Shown here piece by piece: positions 38,914 through 49,681 of a stretch of 64,000 nucleotides of DNA. Made by a program: the position numbers and the translations under genes. Source of the stretch: a virus; IMG/VR virus record IMGVR_UViG_3300026484_000053, positions 96,001 through 160,000 of that record, one strand, 5' to 3'. The notes under the pieces were generated by a model, which did not search any database, was not told the origin of the DNA, and worked only from the letters and a program-made list of their open reading frames with translations. Within the stretch, counting starts at the first letter, position 1; each line of letters opens with the position of its first letter.

Positions 38914-39507
38914 CTACGATATTGCTATCATTGTTGAAGTTGCACCCATTGACTTTAATTTGTTGTCAATTTCGTCGAATCTTGAGTTACTATTAGTAAC
39001 AGCGTCATCTAATGTGTTTGTTACAACATTATACTTAAGTGCAATGTGTCCAAATTCTGGATGTGCAACAGTTACCATATACTCACCTTCAGCAGCAATT
39101 TGTGCTTCAGCTTTGTAAAGTCCTGTGTTACCAACAGCATTAAGTGTAGTAGCATCAGCGATATCAGCAACTAATGGTTTTTTAAGACCAATAACGTCAC
39201 CACTTACAGAAGTAATGTAGTAGAAGTTACCTGCACCGTCATCAAAAGCTTCACCAACAACTAGTGTAGAACCAGCAGCTAAAGTTAAAGTTTGATCACC
39301 AATTACAGCAGCACCAGCAGTATCACCTGTGTTACCAGAAGCAGTATTTAATAACTCTTCAAATGTTCCAGCACCGTCATTAACAACGTCAGAACCATCA
39401 ATCATTGATTTAATAACCATTGAGAAGTTAGATGCATCACCTAATCTATCAAATTCGGTATCAACACCAGGGTAGAAGCTTACGCCTTTTTTTATATCTC
39501 TTGCCAT
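38914..39507 (-). CDS. putative abundant virion protein
   Basis: Own late promoter and terminator; start 39507 has an AAGGA RBS (ORF track uses 39528). Confidence 0.65.
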   Translation of the reverse strand: MARDIKKGVSFYPGVDTEFDRLGDASNFSMVIKSMIDGSDVVNDGAGTFEELLNTASGNTGDTAGAAVIGDQTLTLAAGSTLVVGEAFDDGAGNFYYITSVSGDVIGLKKPLVADIADATTLNAVGNTGLYKAEAQIAAEGEYMVTVAHPEFGHIALKYNVVTNTLDDAVTNSNSRFDEIDNKLKSMGATSTMIAIS

Positions 39508-39583
39508 AAGAAATCCTTGTTTACTCATCAGAGTAATTCTTGCCTTTTTTTGTCATACTTTTCAGGACATATAATCTTTCTAA

Positions 39584-39591
39584 TATTTATA
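39584..39591 (-). promoter_or_regulatory. T4-type late promoter
   Basis: Exact TATAAATA. Confidence 0.75.
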
Positions 39592-39595
39592 TCTA

Positions 39596-40105
39596 CTAGT
39601 AGATGGCTCTCCAACCATTTTTAAGGTCAACAATTTCTTGAGATTGTTTAGATTCTGCAGCTTGCACATCTCCAAGAGCAGCAAGTGTATCAGTCATCAT
39701 ATTACACATATCAGCCATAGAACATGCTTTTAATATAATCTTAACATGTTTCTGAAATAATAAGTCGCTTTCATCACTGTGTAACTTAAGAATAGCTCTT
39801 GTCTCTCTCCATAACGTGTCGCCTACTGATGTTTCGTTTTCCGGTATATCTATATCAAATTTCCATAATCCTGTTTTGTCTTGAAATACACCCTCAGCGT
39901 TTTCTAAAAGATACTCGTCCATTATTGGATCTACTATACTTAGTAAAGGCGTGCCGCTACCGTATTTTGCGAATGCGAAGTATTTTGCATCCATTTCTAT
40001 TTCGTCAGCTGTCTCTACTATACCGTCTTCTAGAACGTGACTAAACCTAGCACATTCTGCTAAATCCAAATCTTCTATAGTATCATATGATTCTGGATAT
40101 GCCAT
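39596..40105 (-). CDS. putative virion structural protein
   Basis: AGGAG RBS; KTGLWKFD motif; C-terminal helix. Confidence 0.6.
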   Translation of the reverse strand: MAYPESYDTIEDLDLAECARFSHVLEDGIVETADEIEMDAKYFAFAKYGSGTPLLSIVDPIMDEYLLENAEGVFQDKTGLWKFDIDIPENETSVGDTLWRETRAILKLHSDESDLLFQKHVKIILKACSMADMCNMMTDTLAALGDVQAAESKQSQEIVDLKNGWRAIY

Positions 40106-40116
40106 TTAATTCTCCT

Positions 40117-40905
40117 TTAGTAATCAATTATATCACCTATATAACCTTTTATTATAACTTTACCATTATAATAGTCCATCTCTAACTGGCCTAATTTACT
40201 GTGCTTACCAATTAATAGTCCACCTTCGTAATACCAATCTTGGGCTAATATTAACGTGTCTGTAACATGTTGAGGCAATTCTGCTCTAAGTATTTTCTTA
40301 CGTTTTGAATAGAACACGTAGTCTATACTCTGTATTTCATTACCAGTTTGTTGTACATCTATAGTTGTATCTATACTAGATACAACTCCTGTAGTATCAT
40401 TAATAGACCATTGTCTTATTATATGCTCTCCTAATTCCTTAGGAGTATATATTAGTCTATGTGTATCTGCTCCATATACTCGTTCATCATTAAACAATAC
40501 CTCGAAATAAGTATATAAGCTACTTGACAGCTCGTGCATTATTATAGATTTAACTATTGTGTTAGTACTTTCGTCTTGTGCTTGTGCTTCGTCTGAGTTT
40601 TGCACTAAACTTCCATCGTCTATAATATTATGCTCGTAATAGTTATTTCCATCAAACACAATTCTAGCACTGTACGTGTCGTCATTACTTATTATTACTA
40701 CATCGTCTTTGTTAGTGTCTTCACTTAAAGTTAATAAATTACTATCTCCTAAATTAAACTGATAAGCACCAGTCTGATTATCGTAATCTTGTTCTAACAC
40801 ATTACTAAAATCGTATTTAACATATTTCATGTTAACTGTCGTGTTCGTAATAATAGTATCGCTGCCGTCTTTAACAGTACCGTATATACAAGTGTTATGT
40901 ATCAT
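40117..40905 (-). CDS. putative virion protein with an N-terminal CarboxypepD-like domain
   Basis: IYGTVKD...TGAYQFNLGD.NLL resembles the N-terminus of 35377..37902. Confidence 0.6.
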   Translation of the reverse strand: MIHNTCIYGTVKDGSDTIITNTTVNMKYVKYDFSNVLEQDYDNQTGAYQFNLGDSNLLTLSEDTNKDDVVIISNDDTYSARIVFDGNNYYEHNIIDDGSLVQNSDEAQAQDESTNTIVKSIIMHELSSSLYTYFEVLFNDERVYGADTHRLIYTPKELGEHIIRQWSINDTTGVVSSIDTTIDVQQTGNEIQSIDYVFYSKRKKILRAELPQHVTDTLILAQDWYYEGGLLIGKHSKLGQLEMDYYNGKVIIKGYIGDIIDY

Positions 40906-40911
40906 ATTCGT

Positions 40912-41577
40912 TTACTTAGTATATCTATATTTAATAGCAAATCCAAGTTGAACATGACCAGAACCTTCAATATCGTCAGGCATTTTAATACTTAGACCTA
41001 ATCTGGCTTCATCTCCTACTTTACCAAGTTTGTTTTCATCTATAGGCTCAGAGTATATATAGCCATCTCTTGCTTCGTCATCAGTAGCACTAACATCTAA
41101 ACATGTGGATTGTGTTTTTATAGCACTAAAATTAAGACCTTGATTGTCATAACCAAGTCCATTAGTTCTTATAAGATCATCTTCTCTATCGTAATGAACT
41201 CTAAGACCCATTTCACCATTATTTTTAGCACTTAATCTAAGTAACTCATAATCAGCTGTACTTGATGTAGGAGCACCATCGTCAGTAACGCCGCCGTTTT
41301 TAAACCAGTTAGGGTTATATGGTTCATGTGCGTCTTCTTCACTAGCAACATATCCTCCCCATTCAATACCTACAGTACGTATGTAATACGCTACATTATA
41401 GATTGGATCTAGCCCATCGTGTCTTAAATAAACAAACCTAGGCAGGTACTCAGTACCTGTTTCTATATCACCAAAGTCTATACCTTGTAAGTTAGTACTT
41501 CCATCATTTTTGTAAAGTGGTTCTATCCAGTCTTCACCATATGATTGATCAGATATTTTAAGTGTTACTGTAGACAT
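40912..41577 (-). CDS. putative virion protein, paralog of 41588..42295
   Basis: GIDFG...RHDGLDPIYNVAYY...DYELL motif. Confidence 0.65.
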   Translation of the reverse strand: MSTVTLKISDQSYGEDWIEPLYKNDGSTNLQGIDFGDIETGTEYLPRFVYLRHDGLDPIYNVAYYIRTVGIEWGGYVASEEDAHEPYNPNWFKNGGVTDDGAPTSSTADYELLRLSAKNNGEMGLRVHYDREDDLIRTNGLGYDNQGLNFSAIKTQSTCLDVSATDDEARDGYIYSEPIDENKLGKVGDEARLGLSIKMPDDIEGSGHVQLGFAIKYRYTK

Positions 41578-41587
41578 TTAAGCACCT

Positions 41588-42295
41588 TTAAAAAGTATAT
41601 GTAAGTCTCATAGTTAAAGCTACAGATCTTATACCAGCAGCTTCTATATCTGGAATACTTAAAGAAGTTTTTAATACTGCAGCATCGTTGCTAAGATAAT
41701 CAGTCCAAGGTTCTATCCAAGCTTCTTCACCACTAGGAGAATTACCAGCAGTACCAACAGATCCTGCCCATTTACCGTCGTTGTTCAGTAATTTAGAACT
41801 GTCTAACTTGTCCATTACATCAGTAGCTAGTGGAGTTGGATCTACTTCATTCCAAAATCTTAATCTCATACCGTAAAGATAATCGTCGTTATCCACAACA
41901 ACGTCGCCGTCTTCAGTTAATTTACCATCTCCCCAAGCAACTAATTCTCCAAAATCTTTGTCGACTCCATCTCTAGATCCATCTGCTTCGTCTTCATTAG
42001 CAAATCCTGTAGCGTCGCCACGCACGTTTGTACTAACTGTATAATAAAATTGAACGTTAGTAACTGGTTCAGTAGCTGTGTGAGATACAAGTAAAGGAAA
42101 ATCATCACCCTCTTGTAAGTTAGTCATAGCTCCTAAATCAAGTCCTACGCTAGCGTTATCTGCATCACCTACAAATTTAGTACCTAGGTGAGTTGTGTTA
42201 TCTGCGTCTGGTTCTTTATTCCATAAAAACGAGTCTTGCTCTGTAGGAGTTTCGTCTCCGTTCATACTCTGCCAGTAGATAATTGGTTTTGACAT
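41588..42295 (-). CDS. putative virion protein, paralog of 40912..41577
   Basis: GLDLG...SHTATEPVTNVQFY...DFGELV motif. Confidence 0.65.
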   Translation of the reverse strand: MSKPIIYWQSMNGDETPTEQDSFLWNKEPDADNTTHLGTKFVGDADNASVGLDLGAMTNLQEGDDFPLLVSHTATEPVTNVQFYYTVSTNVRGDATGFANEDEADGSRDGVDKDFGELVAWGDGKLTEDGDVVVDNDDYLYGMRLRFWNEVDPTPLATDVMDKLDSSKLLNNDGKWAGSVGTAGNSPSGEEAWIEPWTDYLSNDAAVLKTSLSIPDIEAAGIRSVALTMRLTYTF

Positions 42296-42352
42296 TTGCC
42301 TTCCTTATTGTTTATTTTCTTAGTACTTATTATATTACTATTTTTATGTTAT

Positions 42353-42360
42353 TATTTATA
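42353..42360 (-). promoter_or_regulatory. T4-type late promoter
   Basis: Exact TATAAATA. Confidence 0.75.
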
Positions 42361-42371
42361 CTTAGATATTT

Positions 42372-44900
42372 CTATCTGTTAATGCTAATAGAGCAATCTT
42401 CTGTAACATTAACAATAAACACATAAGGCATAGGCATTTCTTTCCCATCTATATCTTCATAAAAATAAACTTCAGTGTCTTCAGTAAATCTATTCCATTT
42501 ACCAGTTTGTGGCAGCCATTTTAAAGTGTGCGTAATTTTATCTTCTATTTGATCACGTACAGCTGCGTTAAACGTCTCTTCTAGACCATCGTAAAAGAAA
42601 ACATTATCTCCTTCTGCAAACTCAAACGTATCGCTCTTATCTCTTTTAGATTTACCTAAAGTAAGATATTTCTTTTCGTTCTTATTGATTAATTTAAGAA
42701 CTCTATTGTCTAATCTGCAATTCATAAACTCTCTATAGTACATAAAGTTCTTAGTACCAACGTCTAATGTTTCACCTACTTCAATATCAAGATCAAGGTT
42801 GTTTAGTTGTTCAACAAGATTATCTGCTGTAGTAAAGTCTGTATCTTCTTTATCCCAATTCTTATCTATAGACTGATCCCAGTGGCCTTTACCATCACTC
42901 CACCAAGGTAGTAAGTTGTAACCTTCATACATCATATAATAAACAAGATCTAGAATATCAAATTGCAATTCTAAGTTTTCGTCTTTGGTTATTTCAGTAA
43001 CTGTATGTTGCATGTCTAGATTATACTCTTTACATATTGCTACAAATGTTTGTAATTCTATAGGTGCACCTTTAGCCACTTCATTAAATACTGTTATTTC
43101 AAGTGAGCTATCCATTTCTATAACTGTCATGTTAGATACTTCCATACTCTCATCTATATCTTCTCTTAATACGTATTGTACGTCTAGATTACAGTTCTTA
43201 GTTATATTTTCTACAGGTATTTGTATAGGCATTGCATAGTTCATATTTACAGAAGCAAAAGACTGAGTATCTAAACTACTATCATGTTCTACACTTATAT
43301 TGAATGTTTTATCTAAATTAAAATTTTTACTAACTTCATTACTAAATTGAATCTCTAAAGGAGATTTAAGCGTACTAAGAAGTTTCATCTGCGCAGATGT
43401 TAAAGCATTACCTATAGGAATTATTCTACCTTGTATTTTAACAACACTCTCTATAAGTGTCATATATGATACATCTATAGTTCCTTCATATGCAGCACTT
43501 TGAATCCATTGCATGTTTAATTTAGCGTCGTTGATAAATTTATCAACATTATATTCTATTTCTTGGCTGTACGTCGTATTATAGTTAAGCTTAAACTGCA
43601 TTTCTAAATTAACATCGGCAGGAATTGGCGGCGTGGCAAAGAACTGATTTTCAACTTTATATAAAGTACTCATATTAGGTACGTCTACTTGTACATCTAA
43701 ATTTTCATTTGTCTTATACGCTCTCTTAAATTGCAATTCTACAGTAGACGTCGTAGGCCAACTAACAATATTTTGCATGTCAAGGCTGTAATTAACATTT
43801 GCGCTGTTAAAGAGCTGAATATCTAGCATTTCTTTTCTGTCTTTTAACACCTCGTTTTGAAGCTCTATGCTAGCATTATCTAAATAAGCTCTTTTAAATT
43901 GCAGCTCTATGTTAGTATTAAGTTTAAACTTGTCTATGTTGAACTGCTTTTCTATATTATCAAATTGTTCTTTATGAACTTTATGCTGCATTTCTAACGT
44001 GTCTTCGCCGCTTGCTATTAACATGTTTTGTAAATCTAGGCTATCTATTCTGTCATGTAATACTTCTAATTGATTTTCCATAACTCTATCTAATGTTTTA
44101 CCATCTCTAAGTTGTATTTCAAGATTGAACTTATCAAGTTCAATCTCAGATTGAAGTTCTAAATTAGCATCGTCGTCATGAGGTGGCGTGGCAAAGAACT
44201 GATTTTCTAGGTATTCTTTCTTACTAACGTCAGCTATATCGTATTGTATAGGCAAGTCCAGCTTGGGAAATCTTATACTAAACTGTAAATGATCTAATCC
44301 GAATCCCCATGGAATATTTCTAAATTGCAGCATAGCCTTAGTACTAGGTACTGAATTATCGAACCAATTAAATGTTAGTTCAGGCCATAGTAAGTCAGCT
44401 TTAATAGCATCGAAATTATACTCATCATATTGTAGAAGGCTAATATTGTTTTCTAGGTCAAATACGCCAACTGACCAGTTTCCTATAGCATATGCGAAAT
44501 TGCTCTCGTATGCATTATTAAACCATGCTTGCGTACTTGTTTTACCGACAGTAACTTTTGGCTTGTCGCCGCCATTATTATCCACTGAGTTATCAAACCA
44601 TGCAAATCCACTAGTTAGGTATCCCATCAATAGCGTCTGTTTTGTATTTGCTGCGCCATTATCATACCAAGCTACTGTACTTCCAATTCCTACAACAAGA
44701 GTAGTACGTGTAGTGCTTGGTATCATGCTGTTGTTAAACAACGACCAGCCTCCAGTAGTACCAATTAATAATTCTGACTTAGCAACTGTTATATTGTTAG
44801 TAAACGAGCTTATTGTAGCTGCTGATAACTCTTGTACAGGTACCTTATACGCCACTCGCGAGTTATTAAACTCACCAGTAGACGAGTAATGCATTTTCAT
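42372..44900 (-). CDS. fibrous repeat protein (~14-residue L[ED]xQ repeats)
   Basis: Many regularly spaced LELQ/LEIQ/LDLQ/LDVQ units; duplicated ENQFFATPP and ELQFKRAY. Confidence 0.75.
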   Translation of the reverse strand: MKMHYSSTGEFNNSRVAYKVPVQELSAATISSFTNNITVAKSELLIGTTGGWSLFNNSMIPSTTRTTLVVGIGSTVAWYDNGAANTKQTLLMGYLTSGFAWFDNSVDNNGGDKPKVTVGKTSTQAWFNNAYESNFAYAIGNWSVGVFDLENNISLLQYDEYNFDAIKADLLWPELTFNWFDNSVPSTKAMLQFRNIPWGFGLDHLQFSIRFPKLDLPIQYDIADVSKKEYLENQFFATPPHDDDANLELQSEIELDKFNLEIQLRDGKTLDRVMENQLEVLHDRIDSLDLQNMLIASGEDTLEMQHKVHKEQFDNIEKQFNIDKFKLNTNIELQFKRAYLDNASIELQNEVLKDRKEMLDIQLFNSANVNYSLDMQNIVSWPTTSTVELQFKRAYKTNENLDVQVDVPNMSTLYKVENQFFATPPIPADVNLEMQFKLNYNTTYSQEIEYNVDKFINDAKLNMQWIQSAAYEGTIDVSYMTLIESVVKIQGRIIPIGNALTSAQMKLLSTLKSPLEIQFSNEVSKNFNLDKTFNISVEHDSSLDTQSFASVNMNYAMPIQIPVENITKNCNLDVQYVLREDIDESMEVSNMTVIEMDSSLEITVFNEVAKGAPIELQTFVAICKEYNLDMQHTVTEITKDENLELQFDILDLVYYMMYEGYNLLPWWSDGKGHWDQSIDKNWDKEDTDFTTADNLVEQLNNLDLDIEVGETLDVGTKNFMYYREFMNCRLDNRVLKLINKNEKKYLTLGKSKRDKSDTFEFAEGDNVFFYDGLEETFNAAVRDQIEDKITHTLKWLPQTGKWNRFTEDTEVYFYEDIDGKEMPMPYVFIVNVTEDCSISINR

Positions 44901-44904
44901 ACAA

Positions 44905-47900
44905 CTACCTCTTTAATCCGTTGTAAGCCGATACTCTCCAGTACCATTTACCTTTTGGTAAGCAATCTACTTTTACATGCGCGTATGTTTTCAATAAGTT
45001 AGTACTAGGTCTTGCTCCATTACCTTCAACAAACTCAGTTGGATTTGGTATACCAGTACCAAACTCTTCCCAATTCTGACTACTATCATCAGTAGTGTCT
45101 ATTGGCATATATGGATTCCACGTACCGTCATTAAGGTAGTGCCATTCGTACTCACTGTGGTAATAACTACCTGGCTCTTTCCATGAATCAATTATTCTTG
45201 GACCATTCTTAAGTACTTTGTGACTAATTATGTTTGGTGTAACTGCATTATCGTCTGTTATTAAATACGTTCTTAGTATAGTATCTGTAGTATCTCCAAA
45301 TCCACCAGTTACAGCAACGCTATCAGTTACAGCATATAAGTCAGCATCGCTCATTCCATCGTCTTTAATAGTATTAATTTCTGTATCTGCTAACACTGCC
45401 CATGTAGCGTTCTCACTATCATAACTCTTCCACTCTTCGCCGCCATCAAAACTAATTATTGACTTAACGCTAGTCATTGCTGATCTAATCTCACTAATTA
45501 TATCCATTCTTATTATGTTGTACGTTAAACCTGCAGGTAATCTTTTCTCTATAAAGTACGAGTCTACATATCCATTATCTCTTGTAACAACACTTTCTGA
45601 ATCTAAACAAGTCATACCAATTAAGGCAAACTCTCTATCAATACTTGTTATGATAGTACTAACATCAACCCAATCACCACTTTTAGTATCTACTGCTACG
45701 TCTGAGTAATTAGATGTAATAAACCCTACGTTATTGTCATTATATCCATAACTCTCAGCTGAACTAAATAATATTTTATTATCTATATACGCGTCGTTAG
45801 TTTTACTGTATAATTTAACTAATACATTATCCTGGAATGAGCCATCTACAGGAACGAATGATAACGTGTATCTATGACCTGGTTCGAAGTTAGGTAACTC
45901 AATACTATATGTAGTAACATTAATATCCACTTTTAAATAATACGTAAGATCTGTACGTCTAAATATAATAGCATAGTACTTGTTAGAGTTACTAACACTA
46001 TGTATACCGTAAGCTATACCTATTGCAGCTTGAGTTGTTCTATCTCTATATTTATCTGTATGTATGAATTCTATTTCTGTAGCTGTATTTTGTTTATTAA
46101 TTCTACCACTTTTAATCATTGCATGCCAATTAGATGTGTAGTTCTGCTCTATTGTATTGTTAGAGTGTAGCGAGTACTGACCCATGTTATTCATACCATA
46201 CCAGTCATTATTATAGAAGCTGTAACCCATTATCATATGTTTAGTAGCATTTACGCTTTTAAAATTGTCTTTTGCTGCAAGTTTTGCACTATATCTACCA
46301 AGTAGTAGTGTTTCGTTATTACTATCGAATCCTTTATTAGTAGGATTAGCTAACATATGATTAGCAAAATGATTTAATTGTCTCACATTATTACCAAACG
46401 ACTCTCCCCATAACTCATTATCGTACATTAATTCTGTACAAGTATATGGATATTGTAATAACTTTAATGTATCGTCTCTTAAGTCATGACGTAAATGATA
46501 TACAGGTAGCTTTGATATAGCCATTACTTCATCAGCTGTTTTAGCATGGTCATACATTATGAACTCATGTATTGATCCGTAAAATGGCTCATTACCATCT
46601 TCATAGTTTCTACCAAGACATATACCAACGTCACAAACTAAGTCATCACTTTCGTCATCGTCTTCACCATCGATATATGTTGTGTAGTTATTGTACACAA
46701 TATCTTCAATAACCTTAAATCCATTATAGTACACATCACATCTATTAGTATCATACACTACAACTGTAACAGTTTGCTCTTCATCTAATGCTATTCTTTC
46801 TTGTTCTAAGTAGTTACCAGCATAGAAATATGACCACGTACCATTTACACAAAGTGCATCAGCAGTGATATCAATATAGAACATTATAGTGCTACTATAA
46901 TCTCGTCTGAAGTTAAACAAACACGATCTACCTGGCATAATTTTAGGATTGAATTTAATATGAATAGTTCTTTCTTGATGTAACTTAGTCAATGGATGTT
47001 CTTTCTTATCATCATGTGGCACAAGTTCACTCATACTAGCGTCTCCATTAAAATAAGCTATATTACCTAGATAACTGTATGGTTTAATTGCAACGTTATT
47101 ATTAGTCCATACTACGTTATTACTAACGTCGCCAAAGTCATCTTCGCTTGCATTATCACTTAACTTATAAGCAATAGTCATACCAGCATCTCCTGAGTTT
47201 GATCTTAATGGAGCATCAGTTGCCATATCAGGAACACTAACTGAACCGCTTGGTATTTGTTTAGCTTCACCTTTCACAAAGAACGTGTCTCCATGGTAAA
47301 CGATACTATCTTGCGCGTCATTTAATTCAGCACTTGTCTTACTCTCATCGTATGTACTCTCTGGTAGTACTCCTTTAACCATTAAATATGGTAGTACTAA
47401 GTCACTAACACTATTTACTCTATTATCGACTAGTTTTGACACATACGGTAGGTGTAACTTAGCTTCACTTGAACTATAGCCGCCATTTACAATGTCCAGC
47501 TCATCTACTTTCGGTTCGAAGTTACTAGTTGGGCTAATCTCTAATCTATTCTGTAACGAACCGAATCTTTGTAATGGCTCCATCCATACAAAGTCAACAA
47601 ACTCTCTATCGAACTCCTCTTCATGGTATGGTAGTATTCTTATAGGAGCATCAGGTACTTCTATTCCATTATAGTTGAATAAGAACTTATCAATACTTGG
47701 TGTCTTGTACTGTTTACTAGTTTTCATACCAACTGCTACGTCTATAGTCTTGCCATCATTATTTGCAACTAATAGTCCTGTTAGCGCTATTGTATCACTA
47801 AAACCTAATAATTCATTAATAGTATTACCGCTTGTACCTATATCAGCCAAATCTACTGAACTCGCACTTCCATCATCTACATTTATTTTAAACCAGTTTT

Positions 47901-49641
47901 CTCCTTGATCTCTACTAAGTAATACTTTCATCTCAGTATCTTCTGGTACATCAGCTTCTATCTCGAATCCATTTACTCCACTCCATAAACCAACATCTAC
48001 ATTATGTAGTCCTTTAGTGTATACTTTGTAGTATTTACCTGTCTCGTATTCTGCCATTGATGTAGTAGGTGCATTAACTTTTGTATCACTCTCGTTTATG
48101 TCAGGATATGCAGCATCTCTAACTAAGTTTTCTTTTGTAAATATTTCATACTCATTACCATCATCATCTACACCTACTGGCATATTAGCTAAGAATTCAT
48201 AGTCACTAAATATAAGTGATTTAAAACTATCGAAGTCATCCTGTACTTCTTGAAATGTACTTGTAACACCGTTTATTGTAATATCTTCAAACTCCATTAT
48301 ACTAACACCATGATTACTTAATCCGTAATACTTGATGAACTCTTCATCTCTGTTTACATAAGTATCTTGCGCATGCTGAGCTATTGTAGCAATTGGTGCT
48401 TTTGAACAATTCAATGTTATGTTTGGACACTTAACTATTGTAGTACCACCAGCACCTGTTCTAGTAGGTTGCGACGCATACCCAATAGCGTGTCGTCTAA
48501 CTGCAGGAGTAGTTATTATAGTATTCTCTTCCATTATTAATTCTTTAGTTTGCAGTACAATAATACCTCCACCATCACTACCAAATCCCCAGTACGATGA
48601 GTACATAGGGTACGATGTAGGCATACCCATGAACATCTTATCCAGATCTCCATTCGTACCTTTATATTCTTCAGGTATTTGCATAGCTGTGTATAAGTTA
48701 TCAGCATGTCTATCACCTTCAGCGTTGAATGATGAACCACCCGATGATAAGTAACCAGCATAGTCGCATAGTTCACTAGCAGCTAATGGATCGTCATTAG
48801 AACTTAAGCCATCAGATGGACTTGGTAGAAACCCACATGGAGGAACATGGTAATCATGTCTCTTTACAGTATCATCCAGTTCATCACCAGTTCTAGCCTG
48901 GTATGCGTATCCACCAAATGTACCAACATGGTTGAATATCTTACTATCTTCTAACATAGTAGTTTTATCCCTTACTTTAATGTACATAATCCCTCTAGGA
49001 TTACCTAACATCTTATTACCCCAGATATCAGACTCTGGATGTCTTACACTATCTCTCCAGTTGTATGTATTAACACCCATTGTATCATGAGCATCCATAT
49101 CTGGTTGTAGTGACAACGTAGCACCTATAGTAAGTCTATCAAATTGCATAACAAGTGTAGCTGTATTAACTGTTTCCGATCCTATATAATCATTATTAGG
49201 TGCTTTATCTAGTACATATCTATTAATACCTTCTTGATCTTCTATTACATCTACTATCTTAACTATGTCCCATTTACCAACCTCATCATATAGGTCTTTA
49301 CTAGCACAGTGTTTCTTGTATAGTATTACTTCGTCACCAGCATTGAATACACTAGTCTCAGCAAAGACACCTTGTAAGTGCGTACCGTATAACGTGTCAT
49401 TTATTATTAGCGATTGGAAGTAACAACAAGTTGGACTTAGCATCTTGTCATTAATGTACGTTTGCGAACCTAGTCTACCATCTCCGAAGAAGTTATCACT
49501 CTTTGGGTTAGTATTAATGTTACGTAATGTAGCCATACCATTATCAAAATCTATACTTAATCCATCATTAACATCGTAGTTATCAATGTTGTAAAGTAGT
49601 TTATTTTCTTTGCTGTATTCGTAATTTCGTTCTATAGACAT
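44905..49641 (-). CDS. very large multidomain virion protein (Gly-rich segment, LamG/ConA-like, FN3-like)
   Basis: GGGIIVL...GAGGTTIV; LGRNY...FYGSIHEFIMYDHAKTADEV LamG end; C-terminal GKWYWRVSAYNG. Confidence 0.75.
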   Translation of the reverse strand: MSIERNYEYSKENKLLYNIDNYDVNDGLSIDFDNGMATLRNINTNPKSDNFFGDGRLGSQTYINDKMLSPTCCYFQSLIINDTLYGTHLQGVFAETSVFNAGDEVILYKKHCASKDLYDEVGKWDIVKIVDVIEDQEGINRYVLDKAPNNDYIGSETVNTATLVMQFDRLTIGATLSLQPDMDAHDTMGVNTYNWRDSVRHPESDIWGNKMLGNPRGIMYIKVRDKTTMLEDSKIFNHVGTFGGYAYQARTGDELDDTVKRHDYHVPPCGFLPSPSDGLSSNDDPLAASELCDYAGYLSSGGSSFNAEGDRHADNLYTAMQIPEEYKGTNGDLDKMFMGMPTSYPMYSSYWGFGSDGGGIIVLQTKELIMEENTIITTPAVRRHAIGYASQPTRTGAGGTTIVKCPNITLNCSKAPIATIAQHAQDTYVNRDEEFIKYYGLSNHGVSIMEFEDITINGVTSTFQEVQDDFDSFKSLIFSDYEFLANMPVGVDDDGNEYEIFTKENLVRDAAYPDINESDTKVNAPTTSMAEYETGKYYKVYTKGLHNVDVGLWSGVNGFEIEADVPEDTEMKVLLSRDQGENWFKINVDDGSASSVDLADIGTSGNTINELLGFSDTIALTGLLVANNDGKTIDVAVGMKTSKQYKTPSIDKFLFNYNGIEVPDAPIRILPYHEEEFDREFVDFVWMEPLQRFGSLQNRLEISPTSNFEPKVDELDIVNGGYSSSEAKLHLPYVSKLVDNRVNSVSDLVLPYLMVKGVLPESTYDESKTSAELNDAQDSIVYHGDTFFVKGEAKQIPSGSVSVPDMATDAPLRSNSGDAGMTIAYKLSDNASEDDFGDVSNNVVWTNNNVAIKPYSYLGNIAYFNGDASMSELVPHDDKKEHPLTKLHQERTIHIKFNPKIMPGRSCLFNFRRDYSSTIMFYIDITADALCVNGTWSYFYAGNYLEQERIALDEEQTVTVVVYDTNRCDVYYNGFKVIEDIVYNNYTTYIDGEDDDESDDLVCDVGICLGRNYEDGNEPFYGSIHEFIMYDHAKTADEVMAISKLPVYHLRHDLRDDTLKLLQYPYTCTELMYDNELWGESFGNNVRQLNHFANHMLANPTNKGFDSNNETLLLGRYSAKLAAKDNFKSVNATKHMIMGYSFYNNDWYGMNNMGQYSLHSNNTIEQNYTSNWHAMIKSGRINKQNTATEIEFIHTDKYRDRTTQAAIGIAYGIHSVSNSNKYYAIIFRRTDLTYYLKVDINVTTYSIELPNFEPGHRYTLSFVPVDGSFQDNVLVKLYSKTNDAYIDNKILFSSAESYGYNDNNVGFITSNYSDVAVDTKSGDWVDVSTIITSIDREFALIGMTCLDSESVVTRDNGYVDSYFIEKRLPAGLTYNIIRMDIISEIRSAMTSVKSIISFDGGEEWKSYDSENATWAVLADTEINTIKDDGMSDADLYAVTDSVAVTGGFGDTTDTILRTYLITDDNAVTPNIISHKVLKNGPRIIDSWKEPGSYYHSEYEWHYLNDGTWNPYMPIDTTDDSSQNWEEFGTGIPNPTEFVEGNGARPSTNLLKTYAHVKVDCLPKGKWYWRVSAYNGLKR

Positions 49642-49681
49642 TCTTGTTCCTTAAACCTTTATAGGTAGCTTTGTTTATTGA

